Position numbers and translations under genes: made by a program. Shown in pieces: positions 20,401-29,461 of a stretch of DNA of 64,000 nucleotides. The DNA lies in NCBI GenBank assembly GCA_965223905.1, contig CBDCXV010000011.1, positions 2,048,001 to 2,112,000 on the forward strand, written 5' to 3'. This DNA comes from Candidatus Latescibacterota bacterium (GTDB taxonomy: Bacteria > Latescibacterota > UBA2968 > UBA8231). The notes under the pieces were generated by a model. That model was not told where the DNA came from. It searched no databases and saw nothing but the letters and a program-made list of their open reading frames with translations. Numbering within the stretch: position 1 is the stretch's first letter; every line of letters begins with the position of its first letter.

Positions 20401-20682
20401 GGAGATGTCGAGGCGGGTCGCCGTCTCCCCCATGCCGGCGTAGAGGACGTTGGGGTCGGACTCGGAGATCGCCAGGGCCCCGACCGGGGCGCTGTTGAAG
20501 TACCCGTCGGAGACGTTCTGCCAGTAGGTGCCGGCATCCTCCGTCTTCCACACCCCGCCGGCGCAGGCGCCGAAATAGAAGACCGGGGTCTCGGTCGGAT
20601 GGCCGGCCACGGCGACCACGCGGCCCCCGCGCGGCGGGCCTATGCATCGGTACTTCAGGGCTTCGAAAGCTTTCGGGTCCAT
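17470..20682 (-). CDS. VPS10/BNR-repeat (sortilin-like) glycosyl hydrolase
   Basis: YRCIGPPRGGRVVAV, many SxDGGxTW BNR repeats, HGDNHDLWIDP; RBS GAAGGTG before the ATG at 20682. Confidence 0.9.
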   Translation of the reverse strand: MDPKAFEALKYRCIGPPRGGRVVAVAGHPTETPVFYFGACAGGVWKTEDAGTYWQNVSDGYFNSAPVGALAISESDPNVLYAGMGETATRLDISWGDGVYRSSDGGRTWSHTGLEDTRHIGKIRVHPGDPDLVYAAAFGHLFGPNDQRGVYRSRNGGAEWERVLFESDRAGAVDLSMDPNNPRIIYASIWEAYRNFWNMSSGGPGSGLHKTSDGGDTWEDLSDRPGLPKGIKGKIGVAVSPARPQRVWAIVEAEKAGLYRSDDGGENWDLVSGNRDLIHRPFYYCHVFADPQDADTLYILNLKMWKSTDGGATFSEVSTPHGDNHDLWIDPRNPRRMAQGNDGGACVSLNGGESWSTIYNQPTSQFYRISVDSQFPYRVCATQQDNSSISVPSATEFGGISWQHCYPVGSGESGDIAVDPKDPGIVYIGAIGSSPGGNGALQRYDHHTRQIRLVNVWPEESIGSDTADLKYRFNWTFPIAFSKHEEDVLYAAGNILFRTRDEGSSWEAISPDLTRGEAETLLASGGPLTKDASGAEQYGTIYAFAESPLEAGVLWAGSDDGLVHVSRDNGGEWREVTPPELEPRTMVANIEASHHEAGTAYVAATRYKLDDFGAYLYKTENYGETWRSLAGGFPEGEISRVVREDPKQAGLLYAGTETGIAWSPDDGGTWLSLRNNLPVVPVYDIAIVRGDLVAGTHGRSFWILDDLTPLRALAAGAAVGADSLYAPRTTIRHTLHWSAAMFRSDNESVKNYMMGLGANAGYYVKTDANGEVGRKWLDAGENPPKGAIIYYSLAAEPEEPIELTISDSGGEVVRSFNSRVPDADDGEGEEEKEKQKQELHAPAEAGLNRFVWDLRYPGAEKISEESPVRGDPKGLVAPPGKGQGQVAPPGRYQVQLKVGDATFEQSFEVVKDPRVSATQADFEAQFQLGSAVRDRVEQGNQAVDRIRRIQRQLLEWKGRAEEGGAGEIAESAGKLCDELTEIEALLVQIGDESPADILRLPRQLISKLATVASVVGIADAAPPRQARELFDDLSAQLDEIQGRLDRFAETELAAFNEQVRESGLPAVVVD

Positions 20683-20765
20683 CGTTTCACCTTCTGTCGT
20701 CTGTGGGTTTTGCGAGGCGGTGAGGGTATGGCGCCGCTCGCGGTTCGGCAACCTGCCGGCGGCAA

Positions 20766-21353
20766 CTACTCCGCCAGGGGCAGCAGCATGCCGTCCTCGC
20801 CGCCGATCATCTCCGCGGCCCCCCTGAAGAACTCCCGCCCCACCAGTGCCGCGGCCACCGCGTCGAGCTCGTGTCCGCTCATCGAAGCGCGCAGCCCCCT
20901 GACTCCCAGCCGGGCCAGGCCCCTGCGCAGCCCGTCGCGGTCGTGCTGTTGCCGGGGCAGCCCCCAGGTATCGATGGCTCCGCCGGGGTAGCACTCCACC
21001 GGCACCAGGCCGGCAGCCTCGATCTGCGACTTCAGCCCGAGCCCGCGCTCGGTCAGCATGCGCATCGGGCCCAGGGTTATCGGGAAGAAGCGGATTCCCC
21101 GCCGCTGCAGCTCGCGGTCGCACGGCCTGAAGTGTTCCCCGTTGCGATCTTCGATCTCACGCCGGCCCGGCGGCAGGCTGAGCGGCGCGTCGATCGGCAC
21201 GAGGTCCGGGCCGGCGGCGAGGATCAGTTCCAGGATTTCGGCGTCGTCGAAGGCGTGCTGCGTGCAGGCGCGGTCCCCGGTCAGGATGCAGATGCCGGTC
21301 GGTCTCGCGGGTGAGCCGGCCAGGTCGATGCCGGCGACGACCAGCGGTTTCAT
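20766..21353 (-). CDS. DUF429 family predicted nuclease (RNase H fold)
   Basis: VVAGIDLAG…IDAPLSLP…RPCDRELQRRG…VECYPG…HELDAVAAA. Confidence 0.82.
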   Translation of the reverse strand: MKPLVVAGIDLAGSPARPTGICILTGDRACTQHAFDDAEILELILAAGPDLVPIDAPLSLPPGRREIEDRNGEHFRPCDRELQRRGIRFFPITLGPMRMLTERGLGLKSQIEAAGLVPVECYPGGAIDTWGLPRQQHDRDGLRRGLARLGVRGLRASMSGHELDAVAAALVGREFFRGAAEMIGGEDGMLLPLAE

Positions 21354-21700
21354 TGCGTACCTGTTTTCATCTTGGCCTGACCCCGACGCAGCGGGGATGC
21401 CCGGCTTTCCGCCCGAATCGACTTGTTCACGCCGCGTCGAGTTCCGCACATTAGCAGCTCATTCACCATCGTTTCGTCGCTTTCCCGGGAACAGACGAGG
21501 GGCGCGAAAGGATAGGGGCAAGCAGGGCAAGAGCAACGCCTGCCGGCAGATCACAGGCGGCAGATATTCCGTTCATTAGCATGGGGACCAGGCATCAATC
21601 GCGTTCCCGGATCCGTACACCAGGAGAACGGGGACTTTCAGGTCGCCGGAAGCAGAGTCTGAAAAGATGGAAGCATCCTCCGGCGAGATCGAGGGATCGA

Positions 21701-22891
21701 ATGGCTACATACTCCGATGAAGAACTCGAGAAATTGATGACGGATCTGGAGTCCGACTTCGTGGAACGAAAGGAGTCTGCAGCCGATGGCGTGAAGATCC
21801 GGCGCAATATCTGCGCCTTCGCCAATGATCTGCCGGGAAATGGCAGACCTGGAGTCATTTTTGTGGGGGTGCGGGATGACGGCTCCTGCGCCTCGTTGCG
21901 GATCGACGACGAGCTGTTGAACCGGTTGGCGAACATCAGAGGCGAGGGTGACGTTCAGCCGCTTCCGTCGATGACGGTACAGCGCCGGGTTATCAAAGGC
22001 TGTGAAGTTGCCGTGGTAGCGGTCGAGCCGTCGGCCGATAGGCCGGTGCGTTACCGCGGCCGGGTTTGGGTACGGGTCGGTCCTTCCGTTCGCGGAGGTT
22101 CCGTGGAGGACGAGCGCCGGCTGGGCGAACGCCGCCGCGCCGCAGACCTGCCGTTCGACATGAGGCCCGCTGCTGGCGCGACCATGGCGGACCTCGATTT
22201 GCGCTTCGCCCAGGAACACTACCTTGCCAACGCCATCGCACCCGACGTTCTGGACCGGAACGCCAGACCGCTCGAACACCAACTGCGTTCCTTGCGGCTC
22301 GTCCGGGAAGACAGGCCGACGTGGGGCGCAGTGCTTGCCTTTGGAGAGGATCCGCAGGCATGGGTGCCTGGGGCGTACATTCAGTTCCTGCGCATCGACG
22401 GCACGGAGATTACCGACCCGATCCTGGACCAGAAGCAGCTCACCGGGCGGCTGGACGACGTTCTTCGCCGGCTCGACGAGCTTTTCGACCTGAATATTTC
22501 GGTGCGTACCGAGGTTGCGGGCGTGATCCGGGAAGAGCGACGCCCGGACTATCCGAGCGATGCGCTGCGGCAACTCGCTTACAACGCCGTCATGCATCGC
22601 AGCTATGAAGGCACCAACGCACCGGTAAGGATTCGTTGGTTCACCGACCGTGTCGAAATCGTCAGCCCCGGCGGATTGTACGGCAGAATCACACCCGAAA
22701 ACTTCGGCACCGGTGACACCGACTACCGCAACCCTCTGTTGGCTGAAATCATGTATCATCTGGGGTTCGCGCAACGCTTCGGTCTCGGCGTGCCGTTGGC
22801 TCGCCAAGCCCTTGCCGATAACGGCAATCCACCCCCCGAATTCGGGTTCGAGCCTACCCTCGTCACCGCAACGGTGAGAGCCGCGCAGTGA
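21701..22891 (+). CDS. Schlafen/AlbA_2 domain plus RecG-C (HATPase_c_4) protein
   Basis: LESDFVERKES…ICAFANDLPG…GVIFVGVRDDG; ALRQLAYNAVMHRSYE…VEIVSPGGL…YRNPLLAE. Confidence 0.88.
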   Translation: MATYSDEELEKLMTDLESDFVERKESAADGVKIRRNICAFANDLPGNGRPGVIFVGVRDDGSCASLRIDDELLNRLANIRGEGDVQPLPSMTVQRRVIKGCEVAVVAVEPSADRPVRYRGRVWVRVGPSVRGGSVEDERRLGERRRAADLPFDMRPAAGATMADLDLRFAQEHYLANAIAPDVLDRNARPLEHQLRSLRLVREDRPTWGAVLAFGEDPQAWVPGAYIQFLRIDGTEITDPILDQKQLTGRLDDVLRRLDELFDLNISVRTEVAGVIREERRPDYPSDALRQLAYNAVMHRSYEGTNAPVRIRWFTDRVEIVSPGGLYGRITPENFGTGDTDYRNPLLAEIMYHLGFAQRFGLGVPLARQALADNGNPPPEFGFEPTLVTATVRAAQ

Positions 22892-23898
22892 AGAGCATCG
22901 CAGTATTCAACAACAAGGGTGGGATTGGGAAAACATCCCTCGTTTACCATCTCGCCTGGATGTACGCCAGTCTGGACTACAACGTACTTGCGGCAGATCT
23001 CGACCCTCAGGCGAATCTCACAAGTATGTTCCTGGACGACGACGCAATGGAAAAGCTGTGGGCTGAAGATAACAGAGGCGGCACGATCTACACCGCTCTC
23101 CAGCCCCTCCTGGACGGCGAAGGGGACGTGATGAAGCCGTATGTGACCGAGCCGGCGCCGGGAATCGGGCTGGTTGCGGGCGACCTGTTGTTGTCCGGGG
23201 CTGAAGACGATCTCTCGAGTCAGTGGCCGGACTGTCTCGACCGGAAGCCCCGCGCGTTCCGCGTACTATCGGCCCTGTGGCGAGCCCTGCGGATGGCCGC
23301 GGCAGAGACGGCAGCCGACCTGGTCCTGGTGGATGTCGGGCCGAATCTCGGTGCCCTCAACCGGGCGGCCCTGATAACGGCTGACCACGTGGTCGTACCG
23401 CTGGCGCCTGATTTGTACTCGCTGCAAGGGCTGCGCAACCTCGGGCCGACGCTTCGCCGGTGGAGACAGGAGTGGTTGGACCGCCGGGAACGCAACCCGG
23501 TGCAGGACCTCGACCTTCCCGGTGGAGACATGCGTCCGACAGGCTACGTGGTACTGCAACATGCCGTGCGTCTGAACCGGCCGGTAATGGCGTATGAACG
23601 CTGGATAGGACGTATTCCGGGCGCGTACCGGAACTTCGTGCTCAGCGAGTCCGCCGGAAATCCCGTTGCAACGGACAACGACCCGCATTGCCTGGCCACT
23701 CTCAAACATTTCCGAAGCCTGATGCCGCTCGCCCAGGAGGCGCGCAAACCGATGTTCGCCCTGAAGCCGGCGGACGGGGCGATCGGCGGGCATGTCAATG
23801 CCGTGCGGACCTGCTACCGCGACTTTCGAGCCCTCGCCCGTGAGGTGGCGCTACGATGCAAGGTGCCGAGTCCCGATTTCGAGGCGGTGAGCCAATGA
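22888..23898 (+). CDS. ParA/Soj-family ATPase
   Basis: IAVFNNKGGIGKTS…DLDPQANLT…VDVGPNLG; overlaps both neighbours. Confidence 0.9.
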   Translation: MKSIAVFNNKGGIGKTSLVYHLAWMYASLDYNVLAADLDPQANLTSMFLDDDAMEKLWAEDNRGGTIYTALQPLLDGEGDVMKPYVTEPAPGIGLVAGDLLLSGAEDDLSSQWPDCLDRKPRAFRVLSALWRALRMAAAETAADLVLVDVGPNLGALNRAALITADHVVVPLAPDLYSLQGLRNLGPTLRRWRQEWLDRRERNPVQDLDLPGGDMRPTGYVVLQHAVRLNRPVMAYERWIGRIPGAYRNFVLSESAGNPVATDNDPHCLATLKHFRSLMPLAQEARKPMFALKPADGAIGGHVNAVRTCYRDFRALAREVALRCKVPSPDFEAVSQ

Positions 23899-25484
23899 CC
23901 GAACCGGAAACCGGCATCCCCAATCCGGGAACGGACGCCGCCGGGCGCAAGCTGCCGATCGGCATTCAGACCTTCCGCACGATCCGCGAGGAGAACTGTT
24001 ACTACGTCGACAAGACCGCCTACCTGCACCGGCTCGTGGAGGGCGGCAAGCACTACTTCCTTTCGCGGCCGCGGCGCTTCGGCAAGAGCCTGTTCCTCGA
24101 CACCTGCAAGGAGCTGTTCGAGGGGAACGAGCCGCTCTTCGAGGGGCTTTACATCCATCCCCGATGGGACTGGTCGGTCCGCCATCCTGTCGTGCGCCTG
24201 AGCTTCGGCAGCGGCAACTTCAAGGAGCCGGGCTACGTCAAGGCGAACCTCATGGCGCAGCTGGACGCCGTTGAACGCCGCGCGAACCTGGCGTCGAAAT
24301 ACGAGACGGAGCCCGAGCGGTTCGCTTTTCTCCTGGAAACTCTGCACGACCGGGCCGGGCAGCCGGTCGCGGTGCTCATCGACGAGTACGACAAGCCGAT
24401 TCTCGACGCCCTCGAGGAGCCGGAAACGGCCCGCACCAACCGCGACTTCCTGCGCGGCCTCTACGCGGTCGTCAAGGACTGCGACGCCCACATCCGCTTC
24501 ACCTTCATCACCGGGGTGAGCAAGTTCTCCAAGGTCAGCCTGTTCTCCGGCCTCAACAACCTCTCCGACATCACCCTGGACCCGCGCTATTCCGCCCTCT
24601 GCGGATACACCGAAGAGGACGTCGATGCGGTGTTCGCCCCCGAGCTTTCCGGCCTCGACCGGGACGAGATCCGCGACTGGTACAACGGCTACAGCTGGCT
24701 CGGGGACGACAAGGTCTACAATCCCTTCGACATCCTGCTGCTGTTCGACAAGCGCCGCTTCGGCGCCTGGTGGTTCGAGACCGGCACGCCGGCGTTCCTG
24801 GTCGAGACGTTGATGGACCGCGGAGTGAGCTCCGTTTCGCTGGACGGCATGCTCGGCAGCGACGCCCTGCTCTCCAGGTTCGACGTCGAGGACATGGCGA
24901 CCGAAGCGCTGCTGTTCCAGACCGGGTACCTGACCATTGACGCTATCGAGCCTCGCGGCGGAAGGACCTTCTACCGGTTGGGCTACCCGAACCGGGAGGT
25001 CCGGCAGAGCCTCAATGAGAGCCTCCTGAACCATCTTGCCGGGGATTCGAGCCGCGGGGAGGAGCACAGCGCCCGGTTGTACGACCTGCTGATGGTCAAC
25101 GACTTCGCCGGGCTGGAGACCCTGTTCCGGGCGTTCCTTTCCGGGATACCCTACCAGTGGCACACGAACAACGACATCGCCGGGTACGAGGGGTACTACG
25201 CCAGCGTCTTCTACTCCTGCTTCGCCGGCCTCGGCCTCGATGTCATCGTCGAGGACAGCACCAGCCACGGGCGCCTCGACATGGCGGTGCTGTTCAACGG
25301 CAACGTGTACCTGTTCGAGTTCAAGGTCGTGGAGCTGACGACGGAGGGGGCGGCCATGGCGCAGTTGAAGGAACGGCGCTATGCCGACAAGTACCGTGCC
25401 CGCGGCGAGCCGATCCACCTGGTCGCCGTGGAGTTCAGCCGCGAGAGCAGGAACATCGTGACTTTCGAAGTGGTCCCCGCATGA
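23895..25484 (+). CDS. AAA-ATPase-like protein with a C-terminal PD-(D/E)XK nuclease
   Basis: KLPIGIQTF…YYVDKT…FLSRPRRFGKS…LIDEYDKP…GRLDMAV…LFEFK. Confidence 0.92.
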   Translation: MTEPETGIPNPGTDAAGRKLPIGIQTFRTIREENCYYVDKTAYLHRLVEGGKHYFLSRPRRFGKSLFLDTCKELFEGNEPLFEGLYIHPRWDWSVRHPVVRLSFGSGNFKEPGYVKANLMAQLDAVERRANLASKYETEPERFAFLLETLHDRAGQPVAVLIDEYDKPILDALEEPETARTNRDFLRGLYAVVKDCDAHIRFTFITGVSKFSKVSLFSGLNNLSDITLDPRYSALCGYTEEDVDAVFAPELSGLDRDEIRDWYNGYSWLGDDKVYNPFDILLLFDKRRFGAWWFETGTPAFLVETLMDRGVSSVSLDGMLGSDALLSRFDVEDMATEALLFQTGYLTIDAIEPRGGRTFYRLGYPNREVRQSLNESLLNHLAGDSSRGEEHSARLYDLLMVNDFAGLETLFRAFLSGIPYQWHTNNDIAGYEGYYASVFYSCFAGLGLDVIVEDSTSHGRLDMAVLFNGNVYLFEFKVVELTTEGAAMAQLKERRYADKYRARGEPIHLVAVEFSRESRNIVTFEVVPA

Positions 25485-25506
25485 ATGAAGTGGTCCCCGC
25501 ATGAAT
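25467..25506 (+). repeat. Perfect 20-bp tandem duplication at a gene junction
   Basis: GAAGTGGTCCCCGCATGAAT twice (25467-25486, 25487-25506). Confidence 0.9.
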
Positions 25507-27606
25507 ACTGAACCCATCGCATCCACCGCCGGCCGCGTGCGCGTGAGCGCCGACGTCGGCGGCACTTTCACCGACGTCGTCCTCGTCGACGGCCGCGGCT
25601 CGGTCTGGACCCACAAGGTTCCGTCGACGCCGCCCGACTTCGAGCGCGCCGTGCTCGAGGCCACCCGGCACCTGCTAGAACGGTCGGGGACCGCGGCCTC
25701 CGAGGTCGGCGAGGTGGCGCACGGAACGACCGTGGCGACCAACGCCGTGCTCGAGCGCCGCGGCGCGCGCACCGCCCTGGTGACCACCGGCGGCTTCCGC
25801 GACGTCCTCGAGCTGCGCCGCATCCGCGCCCCGCAGATCTACGACCTCTTCTGGGACAAACCGCCGCAGCTCGTCGAGCGCAGCCTGCGCCTCGAGCTGA
25901 GCGAGCGCGTCGCCGCCGACGGCGAGGTGCTGCGGCCGCTCGTCGAGGAGGAGTTGCGCGCCGTCGGGGAGCGGCTGTCGGGCGAGGAGATCGAATCGGT
26001 GGCGGTCTGCCTGCTGCACTCCTACGCCCACTCCGGGCACGAGCAGGCGGTCGGCGACTATCTGAGCCGCGAGCTGCCCGGGATCCCGGTCTCGCTATCC
26101 CACCAGGTGCTGCCCGAGCGCAAGGAGTACGAGCGCACCGCGACGACGGTCGTCAACGCCTACGTGCGCCCGGTGATGAAGGGCTACCTCGGGGCCCTGG
26201 GGGACGGCCTGCGCGGCATCGGCTGCGACGCCCCGCTGCTGATCATGCAGTCGGCGGGCGGCCTGACCCCCGAGGCGGACGCCGTGGAGCGGCCGGTTTT
26301 CGTCCTCGAGTCCGGGCCCGCGGCCGGGGTGCTGGCCGCGGCCGCGGCGGCCGAAGCCGGGGGGATCGGCAACGTCATCACCCTCGACATGGGGGGGACG
26401 ACGGCGAAGGCCTCGATGATCGAAGGAGGGCGGGTCGGTTACAGCCCGGAGTACGAGGTCGGCTCCACCCTGTCGGCAGGGAGCCGGCTGATGGGGGGCG
26501 GCGGCGAGCTGATACGCGCCCCCAGCCTCGACATAGCCGAGGTCGGGGCGGGGGGCGGCAGTATCGCCTTCCTCGACGCCGCCGGCGGCCTGCGGGTCGG
26601 CCCGCGCAGCGCCGGGGCGGTTCCCGGCCCGGTCTGCTACGGCCGCGGCGGCACCGAGCCGACCCTGACCGACGCCGACGTCGCCCTCGGGTACATCCGC
26701 CCGGGAGCGCTCGCCGACGGCGAGGTCCGCATCGACCCGGAGGCGGCCGCAGCGGTGATCGCCGACCGGGTCGCGGCGCCGCTCGGCCTCGACCTGCTCG
26801 CCGCGGCCGAGGGGATCCACCGCATCGCCAACGCCCGCACCATGCGCGCCCTGCGCTCGGTCTCGACGGAGCGCGGCCGCGACCCCCGCGACTTCGCGCT
26901 GATCGCCTTCGGAGGCGCCGGCCCGGTCCACGCCGCGGGACTGGCGCGCGAGCTGGCCATCGGCACCGTCATCGTCCCTCCGAACCCGGGGCTGTTCAGC
27001 GCCGTCGGGCTGCTCTGCTCCGGGGTCGAGCACCACGAGGTCCGCAGCTGCCTGCTCTCCGGGGAGCAGTTGACCCCTCATGCCCTGGCGGCGATCCGCG
27101 GCGAGATCGACGCCGCCCTGAAGCAGCGCTTCCGCTCCGAGGGGTTCGCGGAGGATGAGGTCGAGCTGCTCTGCTCCGTCGACATGCGCTTCAAGGGACA
27201 GGCCTCCGAGATCCGGATCGAGCTGCCGGGGGCCATCGACCCCGAGGTGATCCCGCGGCTGTCCGCGCACTTCGAAGAGGAGCACGAGCGCCTGTACGGG
27301 CACCGCTCCGACCCGGACAACCCGATCGAGGTGATCGCCGTGCGCGGCATCGGACGCACCGAGGGAAGCGGCCTTCCAGGACGGACCGAGCCCACCGGCG
27401 CTGCCGTGGAAGGGGGTGAGCGCTCTGCGTATTTCGGCGACCTCGGGTCGATCTCCACCCCGGTGGTGGCGCGGGGCGACCTCGATCGATGGGCGGACGG
27501 GCCGTTGCTGATCGACGAGTACGACTCGACCATCGTCGTCCCCCCCGGGGCGCGGGCCCGCCGCGACGACCGGGGCAACCTCCTTATAGAGACCGGTCCC
27601 GCATGA
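25501..27606 (+). CDS. Hydantoinase/oxoprolinase family subunit A
   Basis: DVGGTFTD, HGTTVATNA, ESGPAAG, DMGGTT, GPRSAGAVPGP. Confidence 0.93.
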   Translation: MNTEPIASTAGRVRVSADVGGTFTDVVLVDGRGSVWTHKVPSTPPDFERAVLEATRHLLERSGTAASEVGEVAHGTTVATNAVLERRGARTALVTTGGFRDVLELRRIRAPQIYDLFWDKPPQLVERSLRLELSERVAADGEVLRPLVEEELRAVGERLSGEEIESVAVCLLHSYAHSGHEQAVGDYLSRELPGIPVSLSHQVLPERKEYERTATTVVNAYVRPVMKGYLGALGDGLRGIGCDAPLLIMQSAGGLTPEADAVERPVFVLESGPAAGVLAAAAAAEAGGIGNVITLDMGGTTAKASMIEGGRVGYSPEYEVGSTLSAGSRLMGGGGELIRAPSLDIAEVGAGGGSIAFLDAAGGLRVGPRSAGAVPGPVCYGRGGTEPTLTDADVALGYIRPGALADGEVRIDPEAAAAVIADRVAAPLGLDLLAAAEGIHRIANARTMRALRSVSTERGRDPRDFALIAFGGAGPVHAAGLARELAIGTVIVPPNPGLFSAVGLLCSGVEHHEVRSCLLSGEQLTPHALAAIRGEIDAALKQRFRSEGFAEDEVELLCSVDMRFKGQASEIRIELPGAIDPEVIPRLSAHFEEEHERLYGHRSDPDNPIEVIAVRGIGRTEGSGLPGRTEPTGAAVEGGERSAYFGDLGSISTPVVARGDLDRWADGPLLIDEYDSTIVVPPGARARRDDRGNLLIETGPA

Positions 27607-29330
27607 GCGCCATCGATCCCATTACCCGGGAAATCATCCAGAACGCCCTGGCCGCCACCGCCGACGAGATGGCCGTCGCCCTCTACCGCACCGCCTACTC
27701 GACGGTGGTCCGCGACTGCCTCGACTACTCGACCTCCCTGTGCGACGCCAACGGCGACATGATCGCCCAGGGGGTCACCATCCCCCTTCATCTCGGCGCC
27801 GTCCCCTACGCCATGGAGACCCTGTTCGCCAAGTTCGAAGGCGACATGGAGCCCGGGGACGTCTTCATCATGAACGACCCGTTCGACGGCGGCATGCACA
27901 TCCCCGACATCTTCATCGTCAAGCCGATCTTCCGCGAGGAGGAGAGGATCGGGTTCGCGGTCAGCACCGCCCACCACCTCGACCTCGGCGGCCGCCTCCC
28001 GGGAAGCTCCGCCTGCGACAACACCGAGATCTTCCACGACGGCCTGCGCATCCCCTGGCTGAAGCTCCATCACCGCGGCGTCCCGGACGACGCCCTCTAC
28101 ACCTTGCTGCGCGCCAACGTACGCGTCCCCCGCATGACCCTCGGCGACCTCAACGCCCAACTGTCGGCCTGCCACATCGGCGAACGCCGCATCCTCGAGC
28201 TGGCCGCCAAGTACGGGGTCGAGACCTTCAGGAGCTGCGCCGCCGACCTCATCGACTACACCGAGCGGCTGGTGCGCGCCGAGATCGCCTCCTGGCCGGA
28301 CGGCAGCCACACCTTCACCGACTACCTCGACAGCAACGGCGTCGGCGGCCCGCGCGTGAAGCTAAAAGTGACGATCACCGTCGAGGGGGACTCGCTCACC
28401 GCCGACTTCCGCGGCACCGACCCGCAGGCGCCCGGGGCGATCAACAACTCCCTCTCCTTCACCGCGTCGGTCGCCACCCTCTGCGTGCGCTCGGTGTTCC
28501 GCGAGGAGATCCCCAACACCGCAGGCATGTTCCGCCCCATCCGGATCGTCACCGAGCCGGGCACCGTGGTCCACGGGGTGATGCCGGCGGCCTCGTCGAT
28601 GCGCGGGATCACCGGCTTCCGCCTCGTCGACACCATGTTCGGGGCGCTGTCGGGGATCGTCCCGGACCGGGTGATGGCCGCCGGCGAAGGGGGCAACTCG
28701 CTGGTGATCATCGGCGGCGAGCACGAGGACAAGTCCCCGTACGTCTACTTCGAGCTCATCTGCGGGACCTGGGGCGGGCGCCCGGACCGCGACGGCATCG
28801 ACGGCATCACCAATCCCGCCAACGTCGCCAGCAACGTCCCGGTCGAGCAGGCGGAGTCGGAGTACCCCCTTCGCATCGAGCGCTACGGCCTCGTCGACGA
28901 CAGCGGCGGCGCCGGGAAGTACCGCGGCGGCATGGCCATCGAGCGCGAGTGGACCCTGCTGAGGGACGACGCCCACCTCGCCATCCGCTCCGACCGCCGC
29001 GACCACCTGCCGTACGGGCTGTACGGCGGCCTGCCGGGATCGCCGTCGAACTCGATCAGGCGCGGGCCTGGCGGCGACGAGGTGCTGCCGACCATGATCT
29101 CGACCCGGCTTGCCGCAGGGGAGAGCCTCTACCACCGGCAGCCGGGAGGCGGCGGCTGGGGCGACCCGCTGGAGCGGCCGCCGCAGGAGGTCGCCCGGGA
29201 CGTCGGCAACGGCAAGGTGTCGCTGCAGTCCGCCCGCCGGGAATACGGGGTCGTCCTCGACGATGGCTTGGCGGTGCTCGAGGAGGAAACCGACAGGCTG
29301 CGCAGCGAAATCCGCGCTTCCCGGGGATGA
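27603..29330 (+). CDS. Hydantoinase B/oxoprolinase family subunit
   Basis: IDPITREII…RTAYSTVVRDCLDYS…NDPFDGGMHIPD…DSGGAGKYRGG…GGGGWGDP. Confidence 0.93.
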   Translation: MSAIDPITREIIQNALAATADEMAVALYRTAYSTVVRDCLDYSTSLCDANGDMIAQGVTIPLHLGAVPYAMETLFAKFEGDMEPGDVFIMNDPFDGGMHIPDIFIVKPIFREEERIGFAVSTAHHLDLGGRLPGSSACDNTEIFHDGLRIPWLKLHHRGVPDDALYTLLRANVRVPRMTLGDLNAQLSACHIGERRILELAAKYGVETFRSCAADLIDYTERLVRAEIASWPDGSHTFTDYLDSNGVGGPRVKLKVTITVEGDSLTADFRGTDPQAPGAINNSLSFTASVATLCVRSVFREEIPNTAGMFRPIRIVTEPGTVVHGVMPAASSMRGITGFRLVDTMFGALSGIVPDRVMAAGEGGNSLVIIGGEHEDKSPYVYFELICGTWGGRPDRDGIDGITNPANVASNVPVEQAESEYPLRIERYGLVDDSGGAGKYRGGMAIEREWTLLRDDAHLAIRSDRRDHLPYGLYGGLPGSPSNSIRRGPGGDEVLPTMISTRLAAGESLYHRQPGGGGWGDPLERPPQEVARDVGNGKVSLQSARREYGVVLDDGLAVLEEETDRLRSEIRASRG

Positions 29331-29461
29331 CCCCCTTGCCGGCCAGGTTGGGAAAGATTCCTTACAGGCCCTGCCGTTGCACCCCTGCCAGGGCGATGGA
29401 CTCTCTCGCACCGCGCCCCTGGGGCCGCCTTTATCCCGTTTAAAGAGAGGATACTTGCGTC

